Below, in pieces: positions 8,991 to 18,365 of a DNA stretch of 64,000 nt (position 1 is the first letter of the stretch; each line of letters opens with the position of its first letter). Location of the stretch: positions 1-64,000 of the IMG/VR virus record IMGVR_UViG_3300037180_000021; one strand, given 5' to 3'. Under the pieces are notes generated by a model, which saw only the letters and a program-made list of their open reading frames with translations, ran no database searches and had not been told where the DNA came from. This DNA comes from a virus. The position numbers and the translations under genes were made by a program.

Positions 8991-9010
8991 TTATTTATGC
9001 GCGGTATCCT

Positions 9011-10828
9011 ATGATGACAACGAGCTTCCCTGATCTCAAGGGTCGAGGCCCGATCGCATTCGACTGCGAAACTACGGGCCTCAATCCGCGCCGCGGTGCA
9101 ACCATCGCCGGCGTCGCTGTCGCTGTCGATGGCTGGTCCGGTTATTTCCCCGTAGCGCACGAGAATGGACCCAACCTCGACAAACGCAAAGTCTATGCCT
9201 GGCTGAACAAGCAACTGAAATTGCCGGTGCCAAAAATCGGCGCGCGGCTGATTTTCGATCTGGAGATGCTCGCCGCCGAAGGCGTTAATGCTGTCGGCCC
9301 GTTTTATGACGTGCAAGTGGCTGAACCGCTGATCGACGAGACGCGCTTGCGTTACAACTTGGAGTCCATCGCCCAGCATCATCTCAAGACCGGCAAGCTC
9401 GGCGAGCCGATGGAGCAGTGGATCGTCGAACATCTTAAGGTCAAGCCTAGCAAGGTCATGGAACACGTCTGGCGAGCCCCGCCGTCTGTCGTTGCTCCCT
9501 ACGCCGAAGGCGACGTGAAGCTGCCGTTGCGCATCTTTACCAAGCAGCAGCCTATGCTGCAGCAGCTTGGACTGTGGAATCTGTTCCTGATGGAATCCAA
9601 ACTGATCCCTATGCTCTTGGCGATGCGACAGCGAGGCGTTCGTGTCGACCTCGATCGCGCCGAGCAACTAAAGCGGCAAATGGCGAAAGAGCAGGTCACG
9701 ATTGAACGCAAGATCAAACAGCAGACCGGCATCAAAATTGAATTGTGGGCAGCACGCAGCCTTGCAAAGATTTTTGATAAGCTGGGATTAGAGTATTCTC
9801 TCACCGAAAAGACTGAAGCGCCGTCGTTCCGCCAGGAATTCCTCTATCACCACCCACATCCGATTACCGGCTTGATCCGCCGGGCACGGCAGCTCGACAA
9901 GTTGCGCAGTACTTTCATCGAAAGCGCCATTCTCGACAGCAACATCGACGGCCGTATCCATTGTCACTTCAACCAGCTGCGCAGCGACGCCGGCGGTACA
10001 GTCAGCGGCCGTCTGTCAAGTTCCAAACCGAACCTTCAGCAGGTCCCCGTCCGTGGTGAACTGGGCAAGTCCATCCGGTCGATCTTCGTGCCGGAGTTAG
10101 GTGAAGAGTGGCACAAGCATGACTTCAATCAGATCGAATACCGGTTGATGGTCAACGACGCTGCCGAGTTTGAGCTTAAGGGTGCCGACGACGTCGTTGC
10201 TCTTTACGTTAACGATCCTTCAACCGACTTCCATCAGGCTGTCGCCAATATGACCGGGCTGGAGCGAGCCGCGGCTAAGACGGTTAACTTCGGCATCGCC
10301 TACGGCGAAGGCGTCACCAAATTGTGCCGCGATCTCGGTCTCGATCGTGACGAAGGCGAGAAGCTGTTGCGGACCTATCACCGTAACGCGCCATTCATGC
10401 GACCGTTGATGAATTATTGGATGGACCGCGCCGAGACCGATCCCTTCGAAATCAGGACCCTGTTCAACCGGCGGCGACAGTTCAACAAGTGGATGCTTAA
10501 GCGCAATGACAAGATCAGCATCTTAGATCATTGCGTACCCGGCAGCGAACGAGCCTTCACCTACTCGGCACTCAACGCCCGTATCCAGGGCAGCGCTGCC
10601 GATATCTTCAAGGCGTCGATGGCCAAGATCTGGGAAAGCGGCGTCTGTGACGTCGTCGGCGTTCCCCTGCTGCTGGTGCATGATGAGTTTGACTGGAGCG
10701 TTCCGAAGACCAAGAAGGCCCGCGAAGCAATGAAAGAAATCAAACACATCATGGAGCATGTCGTCGACTTGAGCATACCATTAGTGGCGGAAGCATCGAG
10801 CGGTCAGAATTGGGGCGATTGCGCTTGA
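9011..10828 (+). CDS. family A DNA polymerase with 3'-5' exonuclease domain
   Basis: Exo I FDCETTGL; motif A DFNQIEYRL; motif B RAAAKTVNFGIAYG; motif C LLVHDEF. Confidence 0.9.
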   Translation: MMTTSFPDLKGRGPIAFDCETTGLNPRRGATIAGVAVAVDGWSGYFPVAHENGPNLDKRKVYAWLNKQLKLPVPKIGARLIFDLEMLAAEGVNAVGPFYDVQVAEPLIDETRLRYNLESIAQHHLKTGKLGEPMEQWIVEHLKVKPSKVMEHVWRAPPSVVAPYAEGDVKLPLRIFTKQQPMLQQLGLWNLFLMESKLIPMLLAMRQRGVRVDLDRAEQLKRQMAKEQVTIERKIKQQTGIKIELWAARSLAKIFDKLGLEYSLTEKTEAPSFRQEFLYHHPHPITGLIRRARQLDKLRSTFIESAILDSNIDGRIHCHFNQLRSDAGGTVSGRLSSSKPNLQQVPVRGELGKSIRSIFVPELGEEWHKHDFNQIEYRLMVNDAAEFELKGADDVVALYVNDPSTDFHQAVANMTGLERAAAKTVNFGIAYGEGVTKLCRDLGLDRDEGEKLLRTYHRNAPFMRPLMNYWMDRAETDPFEIRTLFNRRRQFNKWMLKRNDKISILDHCVPGSERAFTYSALNARIQGSAADIFKASMAKIWESGVCDVVGVPLLLVHDEFDWSVPKTKKAREAMKEIKHIMEHVVDLSIPLVAEASSGQNWGDCA

Positions 10829-10888
10829 CTGTGCATCGGACTTTTGTCAGCGTCAAATCTTAAATAATTAAATAAGGAAAGATAAAGC

Positions 10889-11932
10889 ATGCTCAAGGAA
10901 TTGATAGACGCCTTGATTGTCCCTAAGACATGGCAACATGACCGCTCAAAAACCGTAGGCGCGTCTGAGATTGGCCAGTGCGAACGCCGCATCTGGTATG
11001 TCAAACAAAAGCACGATCAAGATGACGACTTTATCCAGCGCTGGGGAGCGTCAGCGCGTGGTGACCTGATCGAGGCCAACGTCTTCGTGCCGGCACTGCG
11101 TAAGAAGTATGGCGATAAGCTGAAATTTGCCGGTGATGAACAACATACCATCGAAGGCAAGCACCTGTCGGCAACGCCGGATAGTTTGCTGGTCGGCATG
11201 TCACGTAGTGTTCTCAAGCACCTCGGCGTCGATAATATTGGCAGTGATTGCCTGGTAGTCGAATGTAAAAGTATAGACCCGCGTGTGAATCTGACCGAAG
11301 CCAAACATCAGAACATAATGCAGGCACAAGTGCAGATGGGGCTGATCCGCGAGACAACCAAGTATCAACCAAATTATGCATTGCTAGCTTACATCGACGC
11401 CTCGTTCCACGACACCGTGACGGAGTTTGCCATTGCTTTTGATGAGGCAATTTTTGAGGCCGCCAAGACCAGGGCATTAAATATCTTAATGGCGCGTAGC
11501 GCCAAGGAACTGAAGCCGGAAGGCTACATCAAGGGCGGCCGCGAATGTGAGCATTGTCCCTACATCAAGAGCTGCGGTATCGAGCGACATAACTTGCCAT
11601 TCGCCAAGTACACAGCTGATGAAGTGCCAAAGCAGTTCCGCGCCGAAATTGTCGATGCGGTGCGTGCCGCCAACAAGATGCGGAAAGTACGCGACAGCGC
11701 AGATAAGGCGTTCCTGGCGGCGCAGGAAGAGATCAAGGAAAGATTGCGCGAGAAGGGCATCCGCCAGATCAAGAACGTGTTGAGCTGGATCGAAGTCAAA
11801 GGTGTCAAGCGCTATGACATGCAGGCGCTGGCCAAGGCAGCGAAGCTGCAAGGTTTTGATATTGAGAAATTTGCCAAACCTGGAGCGCCGACCTCCAGGC
11901 TGACACTACTGAATGTCAGCGATGAACTGTAA
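10889..11932 (+). CDS. PD-(D/E)XK exonuclease with Cas4-like Cys cluster
   Basis: GASEIGQCERRIWY near the N-terminus, VVECKSID core, and C-terminal CEHCPYIKSC. Confidence 0.7.
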   Translation: MLKELIDALIVPKTWQHDRSKTVGASEIGQCERRIWYVKQKHDQDDDFIQRWGASARGDLIEANVFVPALRKKYGDKLKFAGDEQHTIEGKHLSATPDSLLVGMSRSVLKHLGVDNIGSDCLVVECKSIDPRVNLTEAKHQNIMQAQVQMGLIRETTKYQPNYALLAYIDASFHDTVTEFAIAFDEAIFEAAKTRALNILMARSAKELKPEGYIKGGRECEHCPYIKSCGIERHNLPFAKYTADEVPKQFRAEIVDAVRAANKMRKVRDSADKAFLAAQEEIKERLREKGIRQIKNVLSWIEVKGVKRYDMQALAKAAKLQGFDIEKFAKPGAPTSRLTLLNVSDEL

Positions 11933-11948
11933 ACAAGGAAACAGGAAA

Positions 11949-12662
11949 ATGAAAATGAAACTCAATAAGACCGGTACACGTCAGGCCACCGGGTCCGGCG
12001 TAAGTCTCTATTTCAACGAAACCGTGACAACGAGAAAAGAGAAATTGGAACGGCTGGTTCAATATGGCAAAAGCGCCAGCGCTGGCCGCGGTTCGATCGT
12101 CGGCAAACTTCTGCGCTTTACCAAGGGGGAGTGGCTGGCGGGACAGGACGACGAGGAGATCGCCGTCGGCACCAAGGTCATTCTCAATCCCGACAGTTTA
12201 ATGGCTGGTTGGACACGTTGGGAGGCCAACAAGCCTGCCGAACAGGACATGGGGCCGGTTATCGAAGGCTTCCAGCCGAAACTACGCAGCGCCCTCGGCT
12301 GGGACGACAAGACCGATTGGGAAGAAGACACCTCCGGCCAGAAACGCGACCCCTGGCAATTTGGCAACCAAGTGCTGATGAAGGGTACCGGCAAGAACGG
12401 CGATATCTATACCTTCGTGACGACCTCCAAGGGTGGCATTGGCGTACTGGGAAAACTGATCGAGGACGCCGCCAATAAGAGCATGGAACGCGATAACGAC
12501 GACTTCCCGATCATTACACTTGGCAAGGACTTCTACATGCACCCGACCTACAAGAAGGTGTTCATTCCGCTATTTGAGATTGTTGGCTGGTCTGCCGCTT
12601 CGGCCTTCAAGGTTGCTCCAGCCGAAGAGCCGAAGAAAGGTGCTAAGCAACTGACTTACTGA
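11949..12662 (+). CDS. hypothetical replication-module protein
   Basis: ATG at 11949 follows AAGGAAACAGG. No family recognised. Confidence 0.5.
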   Translation: MKMKLNKTGTRQATGSGVSLYFNETVTTRKEKLERLVQYGKSASAGRGSIVGKLLRFTKGEWLAGQDDEEIAVGTKVILNPDSLMAGWTRWEANKPAEQDMGPVIEGFQPKLRSALGWDDKTDWEEDTSGQKRDPWQFGNQVLMKGTGKNGDIYTFVTTSKGGIGVLGKLIEDAANKSMERDNDDFPIITLGKDFYMHPTYKKVFIPLFEIVGWSAASAFKVAPAEEPKKGAKQLTY

Positions 12663-12675
12663 TCGCCAACATTAG

Positions 12676-12713
12676 GGGGCATCGCGACGGCGGTGCCCCC
12701 GCCTTATTTTTTG
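12676..12713 (+). terminator. rho-independent terminator/attenuator
   Basis: GGGGGCA-loop-TGCCCCC followed by TTATTTTTT, sitting immediately before the primase ribosome-binding site. Confidence 0.6.
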
Positions 12714-12724
12714 GAGCAATTAAA

Positions 12725-14941
12725 ATGATGCCCACCCGAGGTGCGGCAGAAAAGTTTTTGAAAATACTTGACCCGAATGCAAAGGCATTCACTTTCCAGA
12801 TATTTCATGATTTGCCCAGCGGCAGCAAGACGCCGAAGGATGACAGTCTGTCGCGGATCATTCATGGCTCGCTTGAGGACTGCTGGGACGGTCTGTGTGA
12901 GCTAAATAAGCGTGGTGCAGGTGTTTACGTCACCATCAACGAAACAGACTTGAAGGGCCGAGAGGCGAAGAATGTCAAACGTATTCGCGGCGTATTTGTT
13001 GATCTCGATGGTGCTCCGCTCGAGCCGGCGATGACGCCAACGCCACACATCGTCACCGAAAGTTCGCCGAAACGCTGGCACGTGATCTGGCGGGTTCAGG
13101 ACATGCCGCTCGATGCCGAGGTCTTTCGTAATGCACAGCGGAGGTTGATCAACCGGCTTAAGAGCGACAAGAAGATAACCGACCTGCCTCGCGTTTTACG
13201 CCTTCCTGGTTTTATTCACCACAAAGGCAAACCATTCCTTGTTCGCATTGTCAAGTTGAACGATTTCAAATCATACAAGGCCAGCCAATTTATTGATAAG
13301 AATGCGGAGCCGAAGCGCAAAGTAACACGAATCAACAACCGGCAACCGGTCGAGCAGGCTGATATCCAGGCAGCACTCGATATCATTGCATCCGATGATT
13401 ACCAGATCTGGTTTGAAGTTGGGTGTGCATTGTTGCAGGAATTAGGAGACGAGGGTTTCGAGCTGTTTGATCGCTGGTCACGCAAGTCAGAGAAATATGA
13501 AAAGACAGATTGCAGAAATAAATGGAAAGAATGCAAGAAGGTCACGAAGTTTACTGCTGGCACAATCTTCCATTATGCCGCTGAGGTCGACGCTAATTGG
13601 AAGCTTGGGCAGATACCAAGCGGCGCCGCAATCGACGACTTCGTCAGTTTTTTGCCGTCGCATAAATATGTCTATCTAGCCACCGGTCAGTCATGGCCGG
13701 CAACAAGCGTCAATGCGCGGTTGCCGAAGCAGCTGGTCGAGGCGACCGGCAAGCGCATTGCCGCCAGCGCCTGGCTGGACCGCTTCAGGAAGGCAGAAGC
13801 GATGACGTGGTCTCCAGGCGATCCAGAGTTAATCCCAGACCGCGTAGCACGCACCGAAGGAGGTTGGATTGAGAAGCCGGATACTACCTGCCTTAACCTT
13901 TATCGGCCACCACGGATCAAGCCAGGCGACCCGCAGCGGGCATGGCCATGGGTCGATCATGTTCACAAGCTTTACCCCGATGATGCCGAGCATATCCTCG
14001 ATTGGTTTGCGCAGCGCGTACAGTTTCCCGGCATCAAGATCAATCATGGCCTGCTGTTGGCGGGAGAACAAGGCATCGGCAAGGACATGAGCCTGAAGCC
14101 GCTGCGGCAGGCGATCGGTGACTGGAATTGGATAAACGTCGCTCCTAAGGATATCATGGGTAGTTTTAATGCTCACGTTAAGTCGGTTGTCTGTCACATC
14201 GATGAGGCACGTGATCTTGGCGACACCAGGCACTATGACTTTTACGAACACCTGAAGACGTTGACGACAGCGCCTCCTGATATTCTGCAATGCAACGAGA
14301 AGCATTTGAACAAGTATGCTGTCGTTAATGTGACAGGAATCATAATTACTACCAATCATCGCACTGGAGGTATTTATCTGCCGCCTGGGGATCGGCGGTT
14401 TTATGTGGCGTGGAGCAACAAGATCAAGGAGGAGTTTAAGGCTTCGTTCTTTACCGACCTCGAGGCTTTCTATAACGATAGTGGATACGAGCACGTTGCA
14501 GCATGGCTGCGCTCCCGCAATCTATCGAAGTTCAACCCGAAGGCCCCACCGAAGCAGACCGAAGCCTTCTTCGATATCGTCGAGGCTAGCTTGCCGATGG
14601 AAGATGCGGAGTTTGCCGAAGCCCTCAACATCCTGGAACGGCCGCAGGCCGTGACAGTGGCGCAAATTAATAAGGCGACGCCTTCCGGCAGCTTTGCCAA
14701 GTTCCTGGAGGAGCGACGCAACGCCAGGGCTATCCCACACAGGCTGGAAAGCTGCGGCTATATTGCCGTACGCAACCCTGGCGTGGGGCATAATCGCTGG
14801 CAATTCAGGATTTTGAAGAATGGAAAAACGACAATGCACGAAACTGCAATTTACGTTTTGCGGGAATTATCGCCGGCGGTGAGAATTCAGGCCGCAAGGG
14901 CGTTAATACAGAAATATCAAGATGATAGCCGAAATACGTGA
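12725..14941 (+). CDS. bifunctional primase-polymerase / helicase (PriCT-2 plus P-loop NTPase)
   Basis: VYVTINETDLKGREAKNVKRIRGVFVDLDG (prim-pol), YQIWFEVGCALLQELGDEGFELFDRWS (PriCT-2-like), and Walker A LLAGEQGIGKD. Confidence 0.8.
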   Translation: MMPTRGAAEKFLKILDPNAKAFTFQIFHDLPSGSKTPKDDSLSRIIHGSLEDCWDGLCELNKRGAGVYVTINETDLKGREAKNVKRIRGVFVDLDGAPLEPAMTPTPHIVTESSPKRWHVIWRVQDMPLDAEVFRNAQRRLINRLKSDKKITDLPRVLRLPGFIHHKGKPFLVRIVKLNDFKSYKASQFIDKNAEPKRKVTRINNRQPVEQADIQAALDIIASDDYQIWFEVGCALLQELGDEGFELFDRWSRKSEKYEKTDCRNKWKECKKVTKFTAGTIFHYAAEVDANWKLGQIPSGAAIDDFVSFLPSHKYVYLATGQSWPATSVNARLPKQLVEATGKRIAASAWLDRFRKAEAMTWSPGDPELIPDRVARTEGGWIEKPDTTCLNLYRPPRIKPGDPQRAWPWVDHVHKLYPDDAEHILDWFAQRVQFPGIKINHGLLLAGEQGIGKDMSLKPLRQAIGDWNWINVAPKDIMGSFNAHVKSVVCHIDEARDLGDTRHYDFYEHLKTLTTAPPDILQCNEKHLNKYAVVNVTGIIITTNHRTGGIYLPPGDRRFYVAWSNKIKEEFKASFFTDLEAFYNDSGYEHVAAWLRSRNLSKFNPKAPPKQTEAFFDIVEASLPMEDAEFAEALNILERPQAVTVAQINKATPSGSFAKFLEERRNARAIPHRLESCGYIAVRNPGVGHNRWQFRILKNGKTTMHETAIYVLRELSPAVRIQAARALIQKYQDDSRNT

Positions 14942-14943
14942 TG

Positions 14944-15055
14944 GGGGTGAAGGGTCATGAAGGGAGGTCTTCATAAACTCCTCAAGCGCGTTGTCTGATT
15001 CCTATTTTGTTTTCATAGTTTATAAAGACCCCCCTTCATGACCCTTCACCCCCTC
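14944..15055. promoter_or_regulatory. 35-nt-arm inverted repeat (33/35 match) with ~41-nt spacer
   Basis: 14944-14978 GGGGGTGAAGGGTCATGAAGGGAGGTCTTCATAAA pairs with 15020-15054 TTTATAAAGACCCCCCTTCATGACCCTTCACCCCC. It lies between the primase-helicase and NusG-like genes. Confidence 0.6.
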
Positions 15056-15188
15056 CTCCAGTTTTTGAGGATGGAGCCGGCGGCAGGATTGCTGTTCAAC
15101 CGGAGGTAGTAAGGGGGTAAGGAGGAATTTGCACTGCGCCGCGGATTGGCGTATGTTGATTGTCGGAGGTATTGATTTGGGGAATTGG

Positions 15189-15659
15189 ATGCCTTGGACC
15201 GTTGCCGTCGTTTCTCACCAACCAGATCAGTTGATAAGGGATGCAGGCTTTGAAATATTCAGCCCGCAAGTTCGTATGACGACGCATGTCCGCGGTCGAC
15301 GGCGTGTGCGTCTGCGCCCACTCTTTCCAAATTACATTTTTGTTTTCATTGGTGATGCCTGGCCGAGGCTTCTCGATATTTTTGGTGTGTACGCCTTGCT
15401 GATGATGGATGGTGAGCCGGCAATTGTGAGGCAGGAGGAGATGGATAAGTTGAGGGGGAGGTGCAGAGATGATGTTTTGTTGATGCCTTCTGATGAGCGT
15501 TTCAAGGTTGGTCAGGAGGTGGTCGCCGAGGTTGGTGTCTTTCGTGGTTGTGTTGGTGTCTATGACGGCATGGTCAATTGCCGGGAAACGGCGCTGTTAA
15601 ATTTGTTTGGTGGTCCAACAAAAGTGAAGTTCAAGGCGAACGAGCTTGTAGCTGTTTAG
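15189..15659 (+). CDS. NusG-like transcription antitermination protein (NGN plus KOW)
   Basis: WTVAVVSHQPDQLIRDAGFEIFSPQV...LFPNYIFVF (NGN) and FKVGQEVVAEVGVFRGCVGVY (KOW). Confidence 0.7.
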   Translation: MPWTVAVVSHQPDQLIRDAGFEIFSPQVRMTTHVRGRRRVRLRPLFPNYIFVFIGDAWPRLLDIFGVYALLMMDGEPAIVRQEEMDKLRGRCRDDVLLMPSDERFKVGQEVVAEVGVFRGCVGVYDGMVNCRETALLNLFGGPTKVKFKANELVAV

Positions 15660-15933
15660 TAGCGAAACGCCGGGACGCCAGGCCCGTCGCCGTGTAGCTC
15701 ACGAATGTTGCTTCGTGGCCGATTGCCGCGCAATGGCGTATGATCAAATGGAGGAAATGGACTTGAGCGCCAGTGCTGCTGCTATGATAAGATGAGACAG
15801 TAAAATTAAAAGGCCTTTGGCCACTTGACGTATGTAATGATTTGGGGGCAGAATCGGTAGCATGCACCGATTCCCCATCCCCTGACCTCATAGGTTGTGT
15901 CATTCTATTGGCACCATTTGAGGGCACGGGACG

Positions 15934-16776
15934 ATGGCTTCAACCCCAAAAATCACGATTGGTGCAATCAACATTGCAGCCGACCCACATCCGACCGGAA
16001 TTTATTGGCATCTTTTCCAAATGGTGGCCGAAAAAGCAATTCCGGTCTGGGGAAAAGATTGGGCCAAAATTACTGAACCGCAGGATCGTGACACCACTCC
16101 TCCCAGCTTTTTCGGACGCATACTTGTGTGGACGGAAATCGAAGACGGCAAGTGGCTCGATCAGGAAACCGACAAAGAGGCAACTCCTGATGAAAAGGAT
16201 AAAATCCAAATACCAGAGCATCTCCGTCCAAATTTTCGATCTTTCAATTTTGTTTTTCTGGAGAGCAAACATCTTCTTGTGTTGGAGTACATTAACGAGC
16301 TTGGTGAACACTTCGGATCAAAAAGAGCGCAGTATTTTTTTACCGAGCTTCTCAGCGAAGAATATTTGGGGCCGAATGAGCCGGATGTTTCAGTCACGGT
16401 GGTTCCTTCAAGGGAAGCACTCTCACGAATCTACGCCATGCGTCTTCGTAGACTCGAAATTTTTGTGGTGCGCCCCAACGCTGATGACTTAGCGAGGGAT
16501 CAAAAAAGGCTACTCGATAGGCTTATGAAGCAAGGCGCGAAAAGTCAGAACCTAGAACTGAAGAAAAGAGCGAAAGTCCCAACAATCATTCCAGATGATG
16601 AAACACAAACACTTGCGCAAATTGCGGCAGCGGGCAACGGGCATGTGACAGGTGAAGGAACAGACGCAGATGGCAAACCCACTACCGAATCCACAAAAGA
16701 TCATCCAAAAACTGTCACGGCTGAGGTCGAGGTTAGCTCTATTGGCGCTTTATTCAACGCACTCAGGCGCTTTTGA
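15934..16776 (+). CDS. IS cargo protein 1, unknown function (280 aa, AT-rich)
   Basis: Long ORF in an AT-rich segment. No family recognised with confidence. Confidence 0.55.
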   Translation: MASTPKITIGAINIAADPHPTGIYWHLFQMVAEKAIPVWGKDWAKITEPQDRDTTPPSFFGRILVWTEIEDGKWLDQETDKEATPDEKDKIQIPEHLRPNFRSFNFVFLESKHLLVLEYINELGEHFGSKRAQYFFTELLSEEYLGPNEPDVSVTVVPSREALSRIYAMRLRRLEIFVVRPNADDLARDQKRLLDRLMKQGAKSQNLELKKRAKVPTIIPDDETQTLAQIAAAGNGHVTGEGTDADGKPTTESTKDHPKTVTAEVEVSSIGALFNALRRF

Positions 16777-17284
16777 ATACTGGAAAAATCAAGCTGACAC
16801 AATCCGGCAATACTGGATTATTTATGGGGGCTTTGGAGCGCTTATCAAGTCGCCTTATCTAATCGTCTCATTAGTTTTGACTCTTGTATCGTTCCTTTTC
16901 TGGGCACCAAATGGCAACAAGGCGTCTGACCTTGTTGTTTCAGCTATCCCTAACTTGTTGGGATTCACGGTCGGCGCACTCGCCATTGTTCTCGCATTCT
17001 CTTCGGCTGAAATATTCAAAGTTCTTGCTGAGGATGGCGAGCCGCTGTCCTACTTTATGAAATTAACAGCCGCTCTTGTGCATTTCATCTTGGTTCAGGT
17101 ACTTGCGCTTATCTGTGGCATAGTAGCAAAAATTACGGATAGTCGTCTGTTAGATATCTTGAGTTTATTTTTATTGTTTTACGCAGTTCTTATAACCTTC
17201 TCAGCGGCATTACAGTTGTTCCTTACTGCGCAGGTCTATAATGCGCATGCGAGCTTGCCTAATGATGATGAAGAGAAAAAATGA
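16652..17284 (+). CDS. IS cargo protein 2, multi-pass membrane protein
   Basis: About four hydrophobic helices (LIVSLVLTLVSFLFW, LLGFTVGALAIVLAF, ALVHFILVQVLALICGIV, LSLFLLFYAVLITFSAAL). The only in-frame ATG starts overlap cargo 1 by 107-125 nt. Confidence 0.5.
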   Translation: MKEQTQMANPLPNPQKIIQKLSRLRSRLALLALYSTHSGAFEYWKNQADTIRQYWIIYGGFGALIKSPYLIVSLVLTLVSFLFWAPNGNKASDLVVSAIPNLLGFTVGALAIVLAFSSAEIFKVLAEDGEPLSYFMKLTAALVHFILVQVLALICGIVAKITDSRLLDILSLFLLFYAVLITFSAALQLFLTAQVYNAHASLPNDDEEKK

Positions 17285-17296
17285 GGTTACCTGAAA

Positions 17297-17506
17297 ATGT
17301 CACGCGGAAAATATCTCAGTCTCGAAGAAGCCCGCAAGAGCGGGAAGCTTGACCACTTTGCGAAAGAGCATCCATCGGAAGCCGACCGTGATCGCTTCAA
17401 CCGGCTTCTCGATGCTATGTCGCGAGGCGTTTTAGAAGAAGAGGAAACATCGCATTCGGGTCAGTCCTCAAATTCCAACGGAACTCGAACTCGGCGAGGT
17501 ACTTAG
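17297..17506 (+). CDS. small hypothetical protein inside the IS
   Basis: 69-aa ORF, MSRGKYLSLEEARKSGKLDHFAKEHPSEADRDRF. Its 3' third overlaps the convergent transposase gene. Confidence 0.35.
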   Translation: MSRGKYLSLEEARKSGKLDHFAKEHPSEADRDRFNRLLDAMSRGVLEEEETSHSGQSSNSNGTRTRRGT

Positions 17507-18284
17507 CAAGATGCCGCTTCGATACATGCACGTGCGTTCCTTTTATCGAGCGCTTCAACAGCGACCAAAAGCCTTCGAGGCTGTTGGTATGGTGCACGCC
17601 ATCAACCCAAACCTCTTTGGCGTGATTGACTGCACCGTGCTCGTAACCGAGCCGCGCAAGCTTGGCGTAGGATTTCAATTCATCCGTGGAAACTGTCGAT
17701 CCCTTGCGCACGTTGGCGACAATATGCGGCTCAAGCGTCGCGCGGCGCACGTTATCAACGATCCGCGTCATCACGTCGCCGTCGCGCTCCAGCATTCCGA
17801 ATACGACCGTCTTGCCCGGAGCGCCGCGACCGCGCTTGCCGCCAGAACGCTTCCCGCCGATCATCGTTTCGTCCGCCTCTATGTGTCCCGAAAGCTGGTC
17901 GTCGCCATCCACAAAGCCGAGATACTTGCGAAGCTCATGGCCCATGCGCCATGCGGTCTTGTAGTTCACGCTAAGCTGGCGTTGCAGTTCCTTCGCCGGG
18001 ACGCCGTGGCGCGTAGTGGTGAACAGATACATCGCATAGAACCACTTTTGCAGCGGAGTATGCGTTCGGCCGAACGGCGTTCCGACCATCGGGTGAATGT
18101 GCTCGCCACACTGGCAGGTATAGGCGGGCATCTTCGAGAGTTTGTGGAACTTGCCTATCTCGCCGCAGCGCGGGCACTTGAAGCTTGTTCCGTAGCGGAG
18201 CCGGAAAAGGTGCTCCAAACATGCGTCGTCATCCGGGAACATCCGCATGAAATCTTGGATCGTCAGAGACTTGGCCATAGCCAT
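17415..18284 (-). CDS. IS1595-family DDE transposase
   Basis: Zn-ribbon FKCPRCGEIGKFHKL...YTCQCGEHIHP, then THTPLQKWFYAMYLF, KTAWRMGHELR and a DDE region. Confidence 0.85.
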   Translation of the reverse strand: MAMAKSLTIQDFMRMFPDDDACLEHLFRLRYGTSFKCPRCGEIGKFHKLSKMPAYTCQCGEHIHPMVGTPFGRTHTPLQKWFYAMYLFTTTRHGVPAKELQRQLSVNYKTAWRMGHELRKYLGFVDGDDQLSGHIEADETMIGGKRSGGKRGRGAPGKTVVFGMLERDGDVMTRIVDNVRRATLEPHIVANVRKGSTVSTDELKSYAKLARLGYEHGAVNHAKEVWVDGVHHTNSLEGFWSLLKRSIKGTHVHVSKRHLAKYLAEFEFRWNLRTDPNAMFPLLLKRLAT

Positions 18285-18365
18285 CTCCCATTCCTAGGGA
18301 GAATGTAACGTGGCCGGTTACATACGTCAAGTGGTCAATCGCCAATTAAAATCGAGTACGAAGCT

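Larger units (their letters stand above)
15812..18343. mobile_element. IS1595-family element carrying three plus-strand cargo ORFs
   Basis: 26-bp terminal inverted repeats: GGCCTTTGGCCACTTGACGTATGTAA at 15812-15837, and reverse complement of 18318-18343 GGCGATTGACCACTTGACGTATGTAA (23/26). Perfect 8-bp direct repeat AATTAAAA at 15804-15811 and 18344-18351. Confidence 0.85.

Noticed and set aside
17392-18327. A narrow IS boundary for the second transposase, based on AACCGGC at 17400 and GCCGGTT at 18313.
   Set aside because: Only 7 nt match and the flanks do not duplicate. The wider boundaries 15812/18343, with 26-bp inverted repeats and a perfect 8-bp duplication, are far better supported.
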